A stretch of 36,031 nucleotides of DNA, from the NCBI GenBank assembly GCA_910592345.1, contig CAJVPI010000307.1:1-36031 (forward strand). Direction: 5' to 3'. Source of the stretch: Paraglomus brasilianum. Lineage: Eukaryota. The position numbers were made by a program, and so were the translations under genes. The number at the start of each line of letters is the position of its first letter. Positions within the stretch are counted from its first letter, which is position 1. The notes under the pieces were generated by a model, which saw nothing but the letters and a program-made list of their open reading frames with translations, ran no database searches and was not told the origin of the DNA. Of this stretch, positions 1 through 11,626 are shown piece after piece.

Positions 1-174
1 ATATAAATGACACGTCCCCGGATGCGACAATAAAAATTAACGAGGACGAGGCTGGTCTCTTCCATCAAAAGTTTTTTTGTGCGTAGATAGAAATAGTATT
101 TACCGTTTTTCAAAAAGTGGATAATCCACTACCACCACCTTCCTTTCTTATATTCCTTATTTCCCGACACAACC

Positions 175-3100
175 ATGGAACAAGAGCGTCAATCATCAGA
201 TTTACCCATATATAGTTATTATCGCTCACAAACTCCAAGCGAAAGTTCAGTAGCAAGTTATTATAATTCGACAGAAATATTCAGCGCCATCATCCAAAAC
301 AATGTAGGCCGCATCAGATCGTTACTAGAAGAGTCCAATCTCGACATAAACCAGTTGAGAGATGAAGACGACATGTCACCGTTGATGGTTGCCGCTTCCA
401 GAAATTGTCCAACCGTAGTCAGATACTTGTTGACTCTTGGAAACCTTGACATTGACTTGAAAGGTTGATAGAACTTGAATAAACTCCATTTAATGCTTTG
501 TGGCAACAAGACAACTAATATTGCTTTACTTTTACTTTCACGCTTTCAGACAATGACGGTGAGTCTGCCCTCTTTCAAGCTGCCTCGGCAGGAAACGTCG
601 AAATTGTTGAAATTCTAATTGGTTCTGGAGTATTAGTCGATTCCGAAAACAAGGTAAATTGATGTGCTGGTCGCTTATACTAAATTTGGGTTATTCCCTG
701 TATTTATTTTGCGGAGGTTCCAATTCGAGTTAGACTGTACTACCCACCCATTATTTACCAAATTGTCGGGAAATTTTTATCTGATTTATTTTTTTCTAAT
801 CACAAACAGGGAGAACGTTCGACTCCTTTAATCGTAGCTGCATCCAAAGGCTATGCGGGCGTATGCCGCATATTACTGGACCATGGTAGAGCAAACGTCA
901 ATCATCAAAACAGTGCACAAAGGACAGCCTTGGCACTCGCTGCATACGGTGGCCATTTTGCAGTCGTAGAGATATTGCTATCGAGAGGAGCAGATGTAAA
1001 CCTAGTCGATCAGGTATCTTATCACTACGACCGGAGACGGATTATTTGTCAATCGATCGTATCCGTATCATCTCGTTTTGTTTACATTCTCGCATTCATC
1101 CCTTCATGTAGGAAGGATGGACAGCTCTTATGCTCGCGGCCTTTGGAGGCTGGCCAGAAATATGCTCCCTTTTGTTGGAGAATAACGCAGACAAGCACAT
1201 ATCTACAAAAAATGGCAAAAATGCAGTATCAGTCGCTCTCGATGCCGGCCGCAAAGAAGCTGCGTTATTAATAAATGATTATGTTCCAGAGCAACCTTTA
1301 TCTCCTCTATCTCCACAATCACCGTGTTCACCAGCCATCCCACCACAATCACCGTTCATGCCTCCGCGCTCGCCGACATCCGTACGTTCCCCTCGTTATA
1401 GTAGGCAAACACAGTTCTTGGCCTCGAATATGCGTGCATTAACGCTACAAAAGACAAAGTCTGACGCGTACCGGCCACCCAGTCCTAAGATGGAGCCGGA
1501 TGAGGCTGCTTCAACGAACGCACGACGAATTGCAATAAGACCAAAAATACCCCGGGAACCTAAACGCAGAAAACCTGGCCAAGATCCCAACTCACCCTGG
1601 GTCATATTCTCATTGATCGTCACTAGTTGCTTCTGTAATACATGTCTACTTTCCGTTGGTAAAATGGATAATCCAAAAGTTCGCCAAGCTTGGAGAGAAA
1701 AGGTTGCATTGGTTTTCCTTATATTATTGGCCTCGATGGTCTCGGCATTCTTGAGTTTTGCTCTATCGCCCATCGCATGCAACGATAAAAAGTTAGTGCC
1801 CCAATCAGAAGTAACACGGTTGTTTGGACCCAATTCAACTGGAACAAAGGCACACATAATACGCGGTCAATTGTTTAATACGGGAACCTACTTTACAACC
1901 GGGAAACATAGACCGATTGCTCCGTTTACCGATGCAGATTTGAACACGACGATAACGCCATTGTTCGGGCATGACATTTCCGGATTCTTTCCTCTGGATT
2001 ACAAGTCTATTGGATGTGGACGTGCACCTATAAACAATGGATCGATCTGCACACAAGCCATTGCAACGAAGAACAACAAACTCCATTGCCACATCTCGCA
2101 GGCATCACGAAACGAGCTTGAGAGCCTGTCTATGAACATGTTTGTCGGATTCAGTTGGAACGACGTAACAAAAGGGGGACGTCACCTGTTCGCATTCAAT
2201 GGAGACGTCTATGACGTGACAGATTACTTGAATTCGACCAATACGGATTACTGGCTTGGCAACAATGCGGTCACCGAATGGATCAAAGATCTCGTTGGTC
2301 GAGATGCAACGATGGATATCGCACGCGAAAATACAAACCTTGGTAAATGTCTCGAACATTTTAAAGTCGGAGTGATCAATGATGGAACGTCTGCAAGCTG
2401 TTTTGTCGCCAGCGCTATTTTGAGGCTGGTAACATTTCTATTCCTTGGCGTAACATCGGTTAAATTTGCCTTTGCCTCTTTCTTTGACTTTTACTTGGCG
2501 AAAAGGTTATCCAAAAAGCCTGACATAAACGTTGCCAATAATCATATCATGCTCTTGGTCACTTGTTATTCCGAAGGCGAAACCTCGATAAGATCTACTC
2601 TGGATTCCTTGGCAAATACGACGTATCCCAACGATCACAAATTATTGTTCGTTATTGCCGACGGTGATATTACGGGCTCGGAGAACGACAAATCGACGCC
2701 GCAGATATGTAAAGACCTGCTCGAGCCCCAGTTCCCGGGCGCACCCGATCCCGAGCCACAATCTTACATTGCAACTGGCGACGGTGGTAAAGAGCATAAT
2801 ATGGCAGAAGTGTACACTGGTCATTACAACTCCGGTGGTAATCGGGTGCCGATGGTTTTGATTATCAAGTGCGGTACTCCTGAAGAACGTCAAGGTCCAA
2901 AGCCGGGAAATCGTGGCAAACGCGACTCTCAGTTGATCTTGATGAGGTGGCTCCGTCACATTTGTTTCAACGAGGATATGTGTCCATTGGAATACGAACT
3001 TTTTGAAAAAGTGCACAATCTGACTGGTGTGACACCTGACAAGTATGAAATGATATTGATGGTTGACGCTGACACGGTTGTAAAGCCGGATAGTGCTAGT

Positions 3101-4390
3101 CATCTAGTGGCGGCCATGGAGAGCGACCCTACAATTCTCGGAATGAGCGGTGAGACTAAAGTGGGGAACAAGACTGAAAGTTGGGTTACCATGATTCAGG
3201 TAAGAAAAAAAATTTATATAATAGTAATATACGGTTTCACGCATGACAATTGATAAATGGTTATTAACATACGAAATTTTCCTTTCCCCGATTAATTTCA
3301 GGTGTTTGAATATTACATCTCTCACCATCTTGGAAAGTCATTCGAGTCCGTCTTTGGTGGAGTTACTTGCTTACCGGGATGTTTCTGTATGTACCGAATC
3401 AAAGCACCGAAAAGCGATGGATATTTCGTACCGATTCTCGCAAACCCCGACATTGTCGATGCATACGCATCAAACGATTTAGACTCTTTACACCGCAAGA
3501 ATTTGTTAATTCTTGGTGAAGATCGTTTCCTGACAACGTTAATGTTACAGACCTTCCCCAAACGCAAAATCATCTACGAACCCAAAGCCATCTGCAAGAC
3601 GGTCGTACCGGATAAATTCAATGTCTTGCTCTCTCAAAGACGGCGTTGGATCAACTCGACTGTCCACAGTCTTATGGAACTTGTCATTACGCCTTACTTG
3701 TGTGGATTTGCCTGCTGCTCTATGCAATTCGTCTTGCTTTTGGAACTGTTTGGATCTGCCGTGACGCCGTTCTCTGTACTGGTTGCGGTATATTTGGTAA
3801 TCGCGGGCATATTGGGTCAGAGCGTTGGCCCACAGCTACAGTTTCTTGCAGTAGTGTTATTCCTACCGTCACTATTGCTTGTACTTTCTTCACGCAAGGT
3901 CACGAATTTGTTTTGGATGGTGGCGTATATTTTTGCTTTTCCTATCTGGAATTTCGTCCTCCCGACTTATGCATACTGGCGCTTTGATGGTAATTTATCC
4001 AAAACTTTTTACGCAATGCTGTTGTTATCCCCCTCCTCCCCCCATCTCTTTATTGTACGGTATATCTAACGTAATTTTTTTCGTGCAGACTTCTCATGGG
4101 GTGCCACTCGTAAGATTTCGGGAGTTGACAATGGTCACGGAGGTGGAGATGCAGAAAAAGTAGAAGTTAAACCGGTGCCAATGAAGAAATGGCACGAATG
4201 GAAAATGCAGGAAAAAACAAGAACGTTGCTGAAGCATTATTCAGACTTTGCACCACCCAAAGACGCAACTACGCCCAAGGATGCTCCAGTACCGGGCATT
4301 GCAAAATCGAATAGTTTACGGACGTTTAGTGGAAAAAACAATAATAATAGTAATAATAAACGCAAAGAAGCTCGCAGTACTATGTGCTAA
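175..4390 (+). CDS. Ankyrin-repeat / cytochrome-b5-like / chitin synthase (division 2, class IV-like) fusion protein, ~1224 aa
   Basis: Manually spliced exons 175-463, 550-653, 810-1013, 1112-3199, 3302-3989, 4089-4390; all introns GT-AG, frame preserved (3675 nt). N-terminal ankyrin repeats ([36 protein letters not shown]), then QAWREK, b5-like [70 protein letters not shown] and [10 protein letters not shown], which are standard division-2 chitin synthase motifs. Confidence 0.92.
271..1270 (+). repeat. ~6-7 ankyrin repeats spread over exons 1-4 of the chitin synthase gene
   Basis: ~33-aa units with the G-x-T/S-P/A-L-x-x-A-A-x-x-G...V-x-x-L-L consensus after splicing. Confidence 0.9.
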
Positions 4391-4661
4391 TAAAAAAGTC
4401 GCGAAAGTCGCGCTTTCTGTGATAATGTCACTTTTGTGACGACACCAATTTACTTTGTACACTAGAACTTTATAATTAATTTGGATTTAATTGGAAAAGG
4501 TCATATTCTTAACAATACCCTTTTATCATAGTCATTTGTATTTACTCTGTTGTAAACTATGCACATATCAGACTGTGGGGGGGATTGCTCTGTTCCGAGA
4601 GCGGGCTGTGGGATTGTGATTTATCCGAACTAATGAAAAGCGATAAACCAAAAGAAGTAGA

Positions 4662-4691
4662 GAGTGGTGTGGTTTTGAGTGGTGTGGTTTT
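4662..4691. repeat. Perfect 2 x 15-bp tandem repeat (GAGTGGTGTGGTTTT)
   Basis: Read directly from the sequence: 4662-4676 and 4677-4691. Confidence 0.85.
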
Positions 4692-5942
4692 GGCTGGCGC
4701 GCCAATTTCTTTTTTTTTTTTTTATAATAAAAACTTACTTTAAAAAACTGCAAAAGAAAATAAATGATTTTGTAGTAATGACAATAATAATAGTATTAAT
4801 TAATTAATTTCTTTTACGGTATTAAAACACGCGTTCAAGATGGATTATAAATTTGATGCTGGAACAAAACTAGTCAGTCTTTTCATATATTGTTATTTGT
4901 TGATGCATTCTATGCGTCATGTAATAAAATTGATTATCAAACATGATTTATAGATATGAAGATATACAGTACATATAAAACGTATTAATTCAAATAAAAA
5001 AACCCCCTTCCCTCCCGACCCGACCCCACTTTGTGGAATGTGATTTTAGCGATTCGGGTTGATAAGCACGAGAAGGTAGAATTGATAATCCTGGCATTTA
5101 AAAGTTCGTTACATCGAAGATGAATATAGAGTAGCGTGATCGTTGAATCCGGAACTTTTTTTTTTTTTTTTTACTTTTTCTTTTCTCGGTTTGAATGGTT
5201 TACCAATAAGCATTCATTTCGATCATCTGAAAACAAGGGGCATGCATAAATAAGCGATCGCTGAAAATGTCCAGGTTTAATTTTCTCTGCAAAAGGAAAA
5301 AACGCCGCTCCTTTTTCGATTACGTATACAGCGGGGTAGTCTAAGCGCGCGCTAGTTCCATGATCCATTTTGGTTAGATTCGATCGACTGTGGGGAACCA
5401 ACCAGACAACGAGCAAAAAGGTTTATCACAAGTGCACAAGATCAAATTTGTGATATCATTTGATTGTCATGTTTCATCACCGTAATTATCTGATGATCTG
5501 AGATTGGCCGATCAATTAAAGAAAATTCCTGGAGGATCTACGTAACTTCACCATGTTCGCTTTGCAGGGGGGGGGGCTGGATACGTGGTGTTCGAGTACG
5601 TGTGTGTTAGCACGTGTCTGATTCAACAGTCGTAATAAATAAAGTGGTTAAAATACAAACCTGTAAGAACAGAACAATTCGTATTCCGTAATAACAGTTC
5701 TGACCAGACATATTGGCTATTGCGCACACACGATATTTTCGTGCGATACTACGTAGCATCGAAATAGTTAAAAAGTATGCGCTTATTCCGAATTGAGATC
5801 AAATTCCGGATTTCAAAATCGCAAGTCCAGAATTTAGAATGATCGATCAACCCGGTTAAATCTACTTGTAAATTTCCTTGCATATCGCATCACTTGGGTC
5901 GAATGGTGACATCAATCCATCAAAAACGATGTAATTTGTGAA

Positions 5943-6224
5943 CAAACTCATCACTACTGTAGTTCCATAAATTTTAGATAGTTGGTTCTTAATATTTTCC
6001 TCGATAAAAGTAATGTACGAGATTTACTATGTTCTCCATCTTGGAAGACGTTATAATTATGCAATTTCCGCTAAGCGTGATCAAGAACTACGATATTGAC
6101 ATACGATGAGTATTATTTGTTTATCTGACTAAGGTGTGCTGCCCGGTTATCCAAACCTGTGAGCTCACTACTGATTACATACTATCACAATAAACGAACG
6201 GTTTTTTGTTAATATTTGGTTGAC
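5943..6224 (+). repeat. Upstream (putative promoter) block of kinase copy A, homologous to 11179-11446
   Basis: Collinear shared blocks such as CATCACTACTG, GAAGACGTTATAATTATGCAA, GTGATCAAGAACTACGATA, CATACTATCACA-TAAACGAAC and TTGTTAATATTTGGTTGAC. Confidence 0.85.
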
Positions 6225-6326
6225 TGTCATACGTGTCACACTGACTACGATTGTATTGGTTAAACTGTGAGATGGCGTACTCAGCACACCGCACAGATTC
6301 TTCGCCTCTCATCAATTCAGTCAAAT

Positions 6327-9300
6327 ATGTCCCAGGGTCAGTCGTCTAACAACGTATACAGGGAGTGGCTAGTTAAAAGCGTACAAGAAGGGTTTATCAG
6401 ACAATATGCAGAAAATGACCTCATTGAGCGTACACTTCTTGGTCATGGTGGATATGGCGTTGTATACAAAGCCAAGATGAGGCAATCTAAAGTACCAGTC
6501 GCAATGAAAACTTTGTTTCTAAACCGTTATGGTCGTGAAGAAGAATTATATAAACGGTTTGTCAAAGAGGTAGGCACTGGTTACTTATTAATTTTATTGT
6601 CCCAATTGTTGCATGCTGGCTAAACTGAGTTATTTCATAACATATAATAGTTGAAAACCAATAAGCAGGTGAATAATCATCCAAATATTATACAGTTCTT
6701 AGGAATATGTCGGGAAGGTATGTTGAGTAACATTGGATATTGCAGTTTACCATATACATAAATATTGACTATAAAGTCTCTCTTTAATAAAGATCTATCT
6801 GGTCATTACCACATGGTCTTTGAATATGCAGATGGTGGAACATTGTTTGAACACCTACAAAAATACTTCTCTAATCTGACATGGAATGATAAATACAAAT
6901 TGGGTGTGGATATTACTGAAGGGTTGATGCATTTACATAGTCTTGAAATTGTTCACAAGGACTTGGTATGTATTATGTGGTTTTTTTTTTCTAACTGTTA
7001 TATAATATTTCTGATATACAATTGCCATCATACACTAATTTTAGTACATTTCAATTGCTGTATTATATGGATTTAGTCCTCAACAAATATTCTTATCCAA
7101 GGAGGTGTTGCAAAAATAACAGACTTTGGATTGTCTACTGCCCTTAAACAAATTATGTCTACATCAAAAGGTGAAGGAAATACAGCATATATTGATCCAT
7201 TATCTCTTAAGGATAGTTCTTACAGACGTAGGAAAAAGTCAGACATCTTCAGTCTTGGAGTAATACTTTGGGAGATTTCAAGTGGGAAACTTCCATGTCA
7301 AGGGGCTACCAGAATTAATGAGATTTTTATATACAGATTAAATGGTTCTCGTGATTCTCCATTCCCCGGAACATCTGAATGCTATATCAATCTATATTCA
7401 AAATGCTGGGATGAAAATCCTGACAAACGACCAGCATGTGAAAAAGTAAATAAAATACTAAAGTCATTAATAACTCAATCATTAGTTTACACATTAGATC
7501 TGAGTAGGTGTAAAATTGGAAACACAGGAGCAACAGCATTGGCAAAGGCTCTAGAGACCAACTTCTCTTTAGCATCTTTAGATATACTTTATAATGGGAT
7601 TGGATATGCTAGAACTACAACAGCATTACAAAAGGTTTTGGAATCAAATTCTTGTACTTGTTTGACATCTATAGATATACTTTATAATGAGATTGGATAT
7701 GCTAGAGCAGCAACAGCATTACAAAAGGTTTTGAAATCAAGTTCTTGTTTGACAACTCTAAATTTAGGTTATAATATAATAGGAGATACAGGAGCAACAG
7801 CTTTGGCAAAGGCTCTGGAATCAAATTCTGGTTTGGCATCTCTAAATTTAGAACATAATAATATAGGAGATACAGGAGTAACAGCTTTGGCAAAGGCTTT
7901 GGAATCCAATTCTTGTTTGACATCTCTAAACCTAGTTTGGAATAATATAGGAGATACAGGAGCAACAGCTTTGGCAAAGGCTCTGGAATCCAATTCTTGT
8001 TTGACATCTCTAAATCTAGTTTGGAATAATATAGGAGAAACAGGAGCAACAGCTTTGGCAAAGGCTCTGGAATCAAATTCTGGTTTGGTGTCTTTAAATT
8101 TAGAACATAATAGGATAGAAGATATAGAAGCAACAGCTTTAGCAAAGGCTCTGCAATTCAATTCTTGCTTGACATCTCTAAATTTAAACTGGAATAAGAT
8201 AGGAGATACAGGAGCAGCAGCTTTGGCAAAGGCTCTGGAATCCAATTCTTGTTTGACATCTCTAAATTTAGTTTGGAATAATATAGGAGAAATAGGAGCA
8301 ACTGCTTTGGCAATGACTCTGAAATCCAACTCTAGTTTGAAATCTCTAAATTTATATCATAATAAGATAGAAGATACAGGAGCAACAGTTTTGGCAAAGG
8401 CTCTTCAATTCAATTCTTACTTGACATCTCTGAATGTAAGTTATAATAATATAGAAAATACAGGTGCAACAGCTTTGGCAAAGGCTCTGGAATCAAATTC
8501 TGGTTTGACATCTCTAAATTTAGAACATAATAATATAGAAGATACAGGAGCAACAGCTTTGGCAAAGGCTCTGGAATCCAATTCTTGTTTGACATCTCTA
8601 AATCTAGTTTGGAATAATATAGGAGAAACAGGAACAACAGCTTTGGCAAAGGCTCTGGAATCCAATTCTAGTTTGAAATCTCTAAATTTAGAACATAATA
8701 AGATAGAAGATACAGGTGCAACAGCTTTGGCAAAGGCTTTGCAATCCAATTCTTGCTTGACATCTCTAAATTTAAGTTATAATAATATTGGAGAAGCAGG
8801 TGCAACAGCTTTGGCAAAGACTCTGGAATCAAACTCTTGCTTGACAGCTCTAAATTTAGAACATAATAATGTAGGAGATGCAGGAGTAACTGCTTTGGCA
8901 AAGGCTCTGAAATCAAATTCTTCTCTGCTTGAGCTGAATATTTCATCTAATCAGATAGGTGATATAGGAGCAACAGCTTTGGCAACAGCTCTGGGATCAA
9001 ATTCTCATTTGACTTCTTTAATTTTGGTTTGGAATAATATAGGAGAAACAGGAGCAATAACTTTGGCAAAGGCTCTGGAATCAAATTCTTGTTTGACATC
9101 TCTAAATTTATATCATAATAAAATAGAAGATACAGGAACAACAGCTTTGGCAAAGGCTCTGGAATCAAATTCTGGTTTGACATCTCTAAATTTAGAACAT
9201 AATAAGATAGAAGATATGGGAGCAACAGCTTTGGCAAAGGCTTTGGAATCAAATTCTCATTTGACATCTCTAAATTTGGAACATAATCAGATAGGTGATA

Positions 9301-9536
9301 CAGGAGCAACAGCTTTGTCAAAGGCTCTGGAATCACATTCTTGTTTGACATCTCTAAATTTAAACTGGAATAAGATAGGTGATACAGGAGCAACAGCTTT
9401 GGCAAAGGCACTGGGATCAAATTTTTTTTTGATATCTTTAAATTTAGAACATAATAATATAGGAGAAACAGGAGCAAAGGATTTGACAAAGGCTTTGGCA
9501 TCACATTTTTGTTTGAAAGATTTATATTATTCTTGA
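6327..9536 (+). CDS. TKL-type protein kinase with C-terminal ribonuclease-inhibitor-like LRR array (kinase-LRR, copy A), ~980 aa
   Basis: Exons 6327-6569, 6651-6717, 6793-6965, 7077-9536 (2943 nt). Motifs GHGGYG, VAMK, KE(L), HKDLSSTN, DFGLS, YIDP, SDIFSLGVILWEISSG and CW..NP.KRP, followed by 24 LRRs. The intron 2 acceptor is a weaker AAG. Confidence 0.9.
7485..9512 (+). repeat. Coding tandem array of 24 LRRs; units 4-24 are exact 84-bp/28-aa repeats starting at 7749
   Basis: Consensus LTSLNLxxNxIGDTGATALAKALESNSC, with near-identical nucleotide units (e.g. GGAGCAACAGCTTTGGCAAAGGCTCTGGAATC). Confidence 0.97.
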
Positions 9537-11178
9537 CAAAAAGGGGATAGGAAGAATATCAAGAAGCTTTAGCAGTTAAGGGAAATTTGATTAAAATTTT
9601 CTTTATTTATGAGATCAATAAGATGACAGTTACTTTTATTTATACTGTAGCATAAGATTAATGAACCAATAGCAAGTTTGCGTTTGGTTTAATGTTAGTA
9701 TTAGCTCCATAAGTTCTTTCCTAATTTCAGCACCAGCTGTGACATTTCTTATTTAGTTGTATTATCTAACTCAGAAGCCTTAAATTACTTCTGTCAAAGT
9801 TAACATTTAAAATTCTAGCAGTATTGCAGTAAGAATTAGTATTTTATGATATGCAGGGGCTTAATATTAAGTGTAAAGAAATCTTATAATGCATCTGATC
9901 AATTACACCATTTACATAAAAACAACAATGTCTTCAATAAGTCACACACACATAAGAACTGTAAATCATATGATTAATTATATATTGAGATAATATTACA
10001 ATATAATATATAGTCAGGTTTTAAATATTTTATATAGAGCGGTAATATATTATTTATCTGTATGACGAAACGGCGATGTTATTAATTACCTAAACATAAT
10101 CGATGAAATTAATAGGCCATTAATGCTAAGAGTAGCAATTAGCCAGAAGTGGATAAGAAACTGATTGAAACAGATGGAGATTTGTTTGTCATTGATGGAA
10201 AGACTTTTTTAGTGACTTTTGAAATTAGTCAAGAATGGACCATTCTGCAATTGTTTGCAAACATTGCCATGCTGACTGAATATTTCTTGAAGCATTAACT
10301 ATAATGAATTTTCAGAACAAATAAGTTCACTTTAAAAATAAAATGATAAATCATGGGTCAGTAGAAGAGGCCTACAATAATATGATGCAGCTTTACATAT
10401 CTCAAAGTAACCTTCTGACTAGTGTCACATAATCAAGTCTTCTGATCCATTACTGCTGATTAACTTTTTTTTTTCTGGTAATATAATCTTTATCTGTCAC
10501 TTTTACAGTCTACGCTCCTTCTAAGAGCTTCATAAAGCAAATCAGGATATTAACAACTGTCGGATCAATACACATGGGAGAGTGTCAGCATATTGACCTT
10601 GAGATTTAGCGTCTTCAATCGGAACTTTTGACTATCGGTAAATATTTAAACGACAATAGTGACCTTACAATTGGTTTTCGGAATACTCACGATGCCCAAT
10701 AATCGGTCTTGTATATGCATCCCCAAATTATTATTTAACTTCGAATATCACTCTATTTCTTTCGATAGAATTAGTTTCGAAAGCCTAAGGTCGAGGAAGT
10801 TTTCTACACTAAACACGTTTATAAAGAATTAAATTACTCCGTTTACCGTTGATACGGGAAAGCGTTTTCACTTTACCGACGATAGAGGTAAATTCGCCAG
10901 GGAATGGACGTACTGTAATAACTTATATTTAAATACTGAGTTATATATTTAGAATATAAAAAACGCAAGGAATATTATAAGAACAAATAACGAAATAAAA
11001 GAGGTTGTGTTGAAACGATATTCGCTAAGGAAAATTAAGACTGTTTACTCTATCTGTCATTTTACAAACGTCCTAACAAATTTCAATATATGGGGCTGCA
11101 AACATGAATCAAGTCTAAATACAATGATGTGTTTATTGCCGATCCCCACTGTAATCTTTGATTGACTACTAAAACAAT

Positions 11179-11446
11179 CAAATTCATCACTACTGCACTA
11201 GATAGTTAGTTCTTAATATTTTCATAACTATGCCCTTCATGATTACCTGAAGACGTTATAATTATGCAACTTCCGTTAGGCGTGTGATCAAGAACTACGA
11301 TAAAATTATATCGACATGCGATGATATTATTTACTTATCTAACTAGGTTCATGCGCTACCCCGGTTATTATTATTCAAACCGACAAACTCACTATCGATT
11401 GCATACTATCACAGTAAACGAACAGCTTTGTTAATATTTGGTTGAC
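11179..11446 (+). repeat. Upstream (putative promoter) block of kinase copy B, homologous to 5943-6224
   Basis: Same collinear motifs as 5943-6224. Confidence 0.85.
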
Positions 11447-11626
11447 AGTGAAATCTGTAAACGGCATTCTATTGTTATAGTCAATAAATAATTCAGACAC
11501 TTTTTCCCGACACTTTATACACTTCATACTCTGTCGGGCTAACTAGTGAGACGGTGTACAAGTCACACAGATCTACGTGCCGTAAGTACTCGGCGGCACA
11601 TTTTTGCAGATTCTGCTTTAACAAAT

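Noticed and set aside
1396..3987. Alternative-frame and antisense ORFs within the chitin synthase
   Set aside because: They overlap a well-supported CDS and contain no recognisable motifs.
4662..4691. GT-rich tandem repeat as a telomere-like sequence
   Set aside because: Only two 15-bp units, internal in position, and not a TTAGGG-type array.
7387..9504. Several repetitive minus-strand ORFs (e.g. 7769-8329, 8947-9504)
   Set aside because: They are antisense shadows of the 84-bp LRR units with no independent coding signal.
7749..9512. Regular repeat array as a possible CRISPR
   Set aside because: There are no unique spacers. The units are contiguous, in-frame coding repeats in a eukaryotic exon.
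10120..10420. CpG-poor, coding-looking stretch between the kinase genes
   Set aside because: Broken by stops and no family could be recognised. Possibly a decayed transposon or pseudogene.
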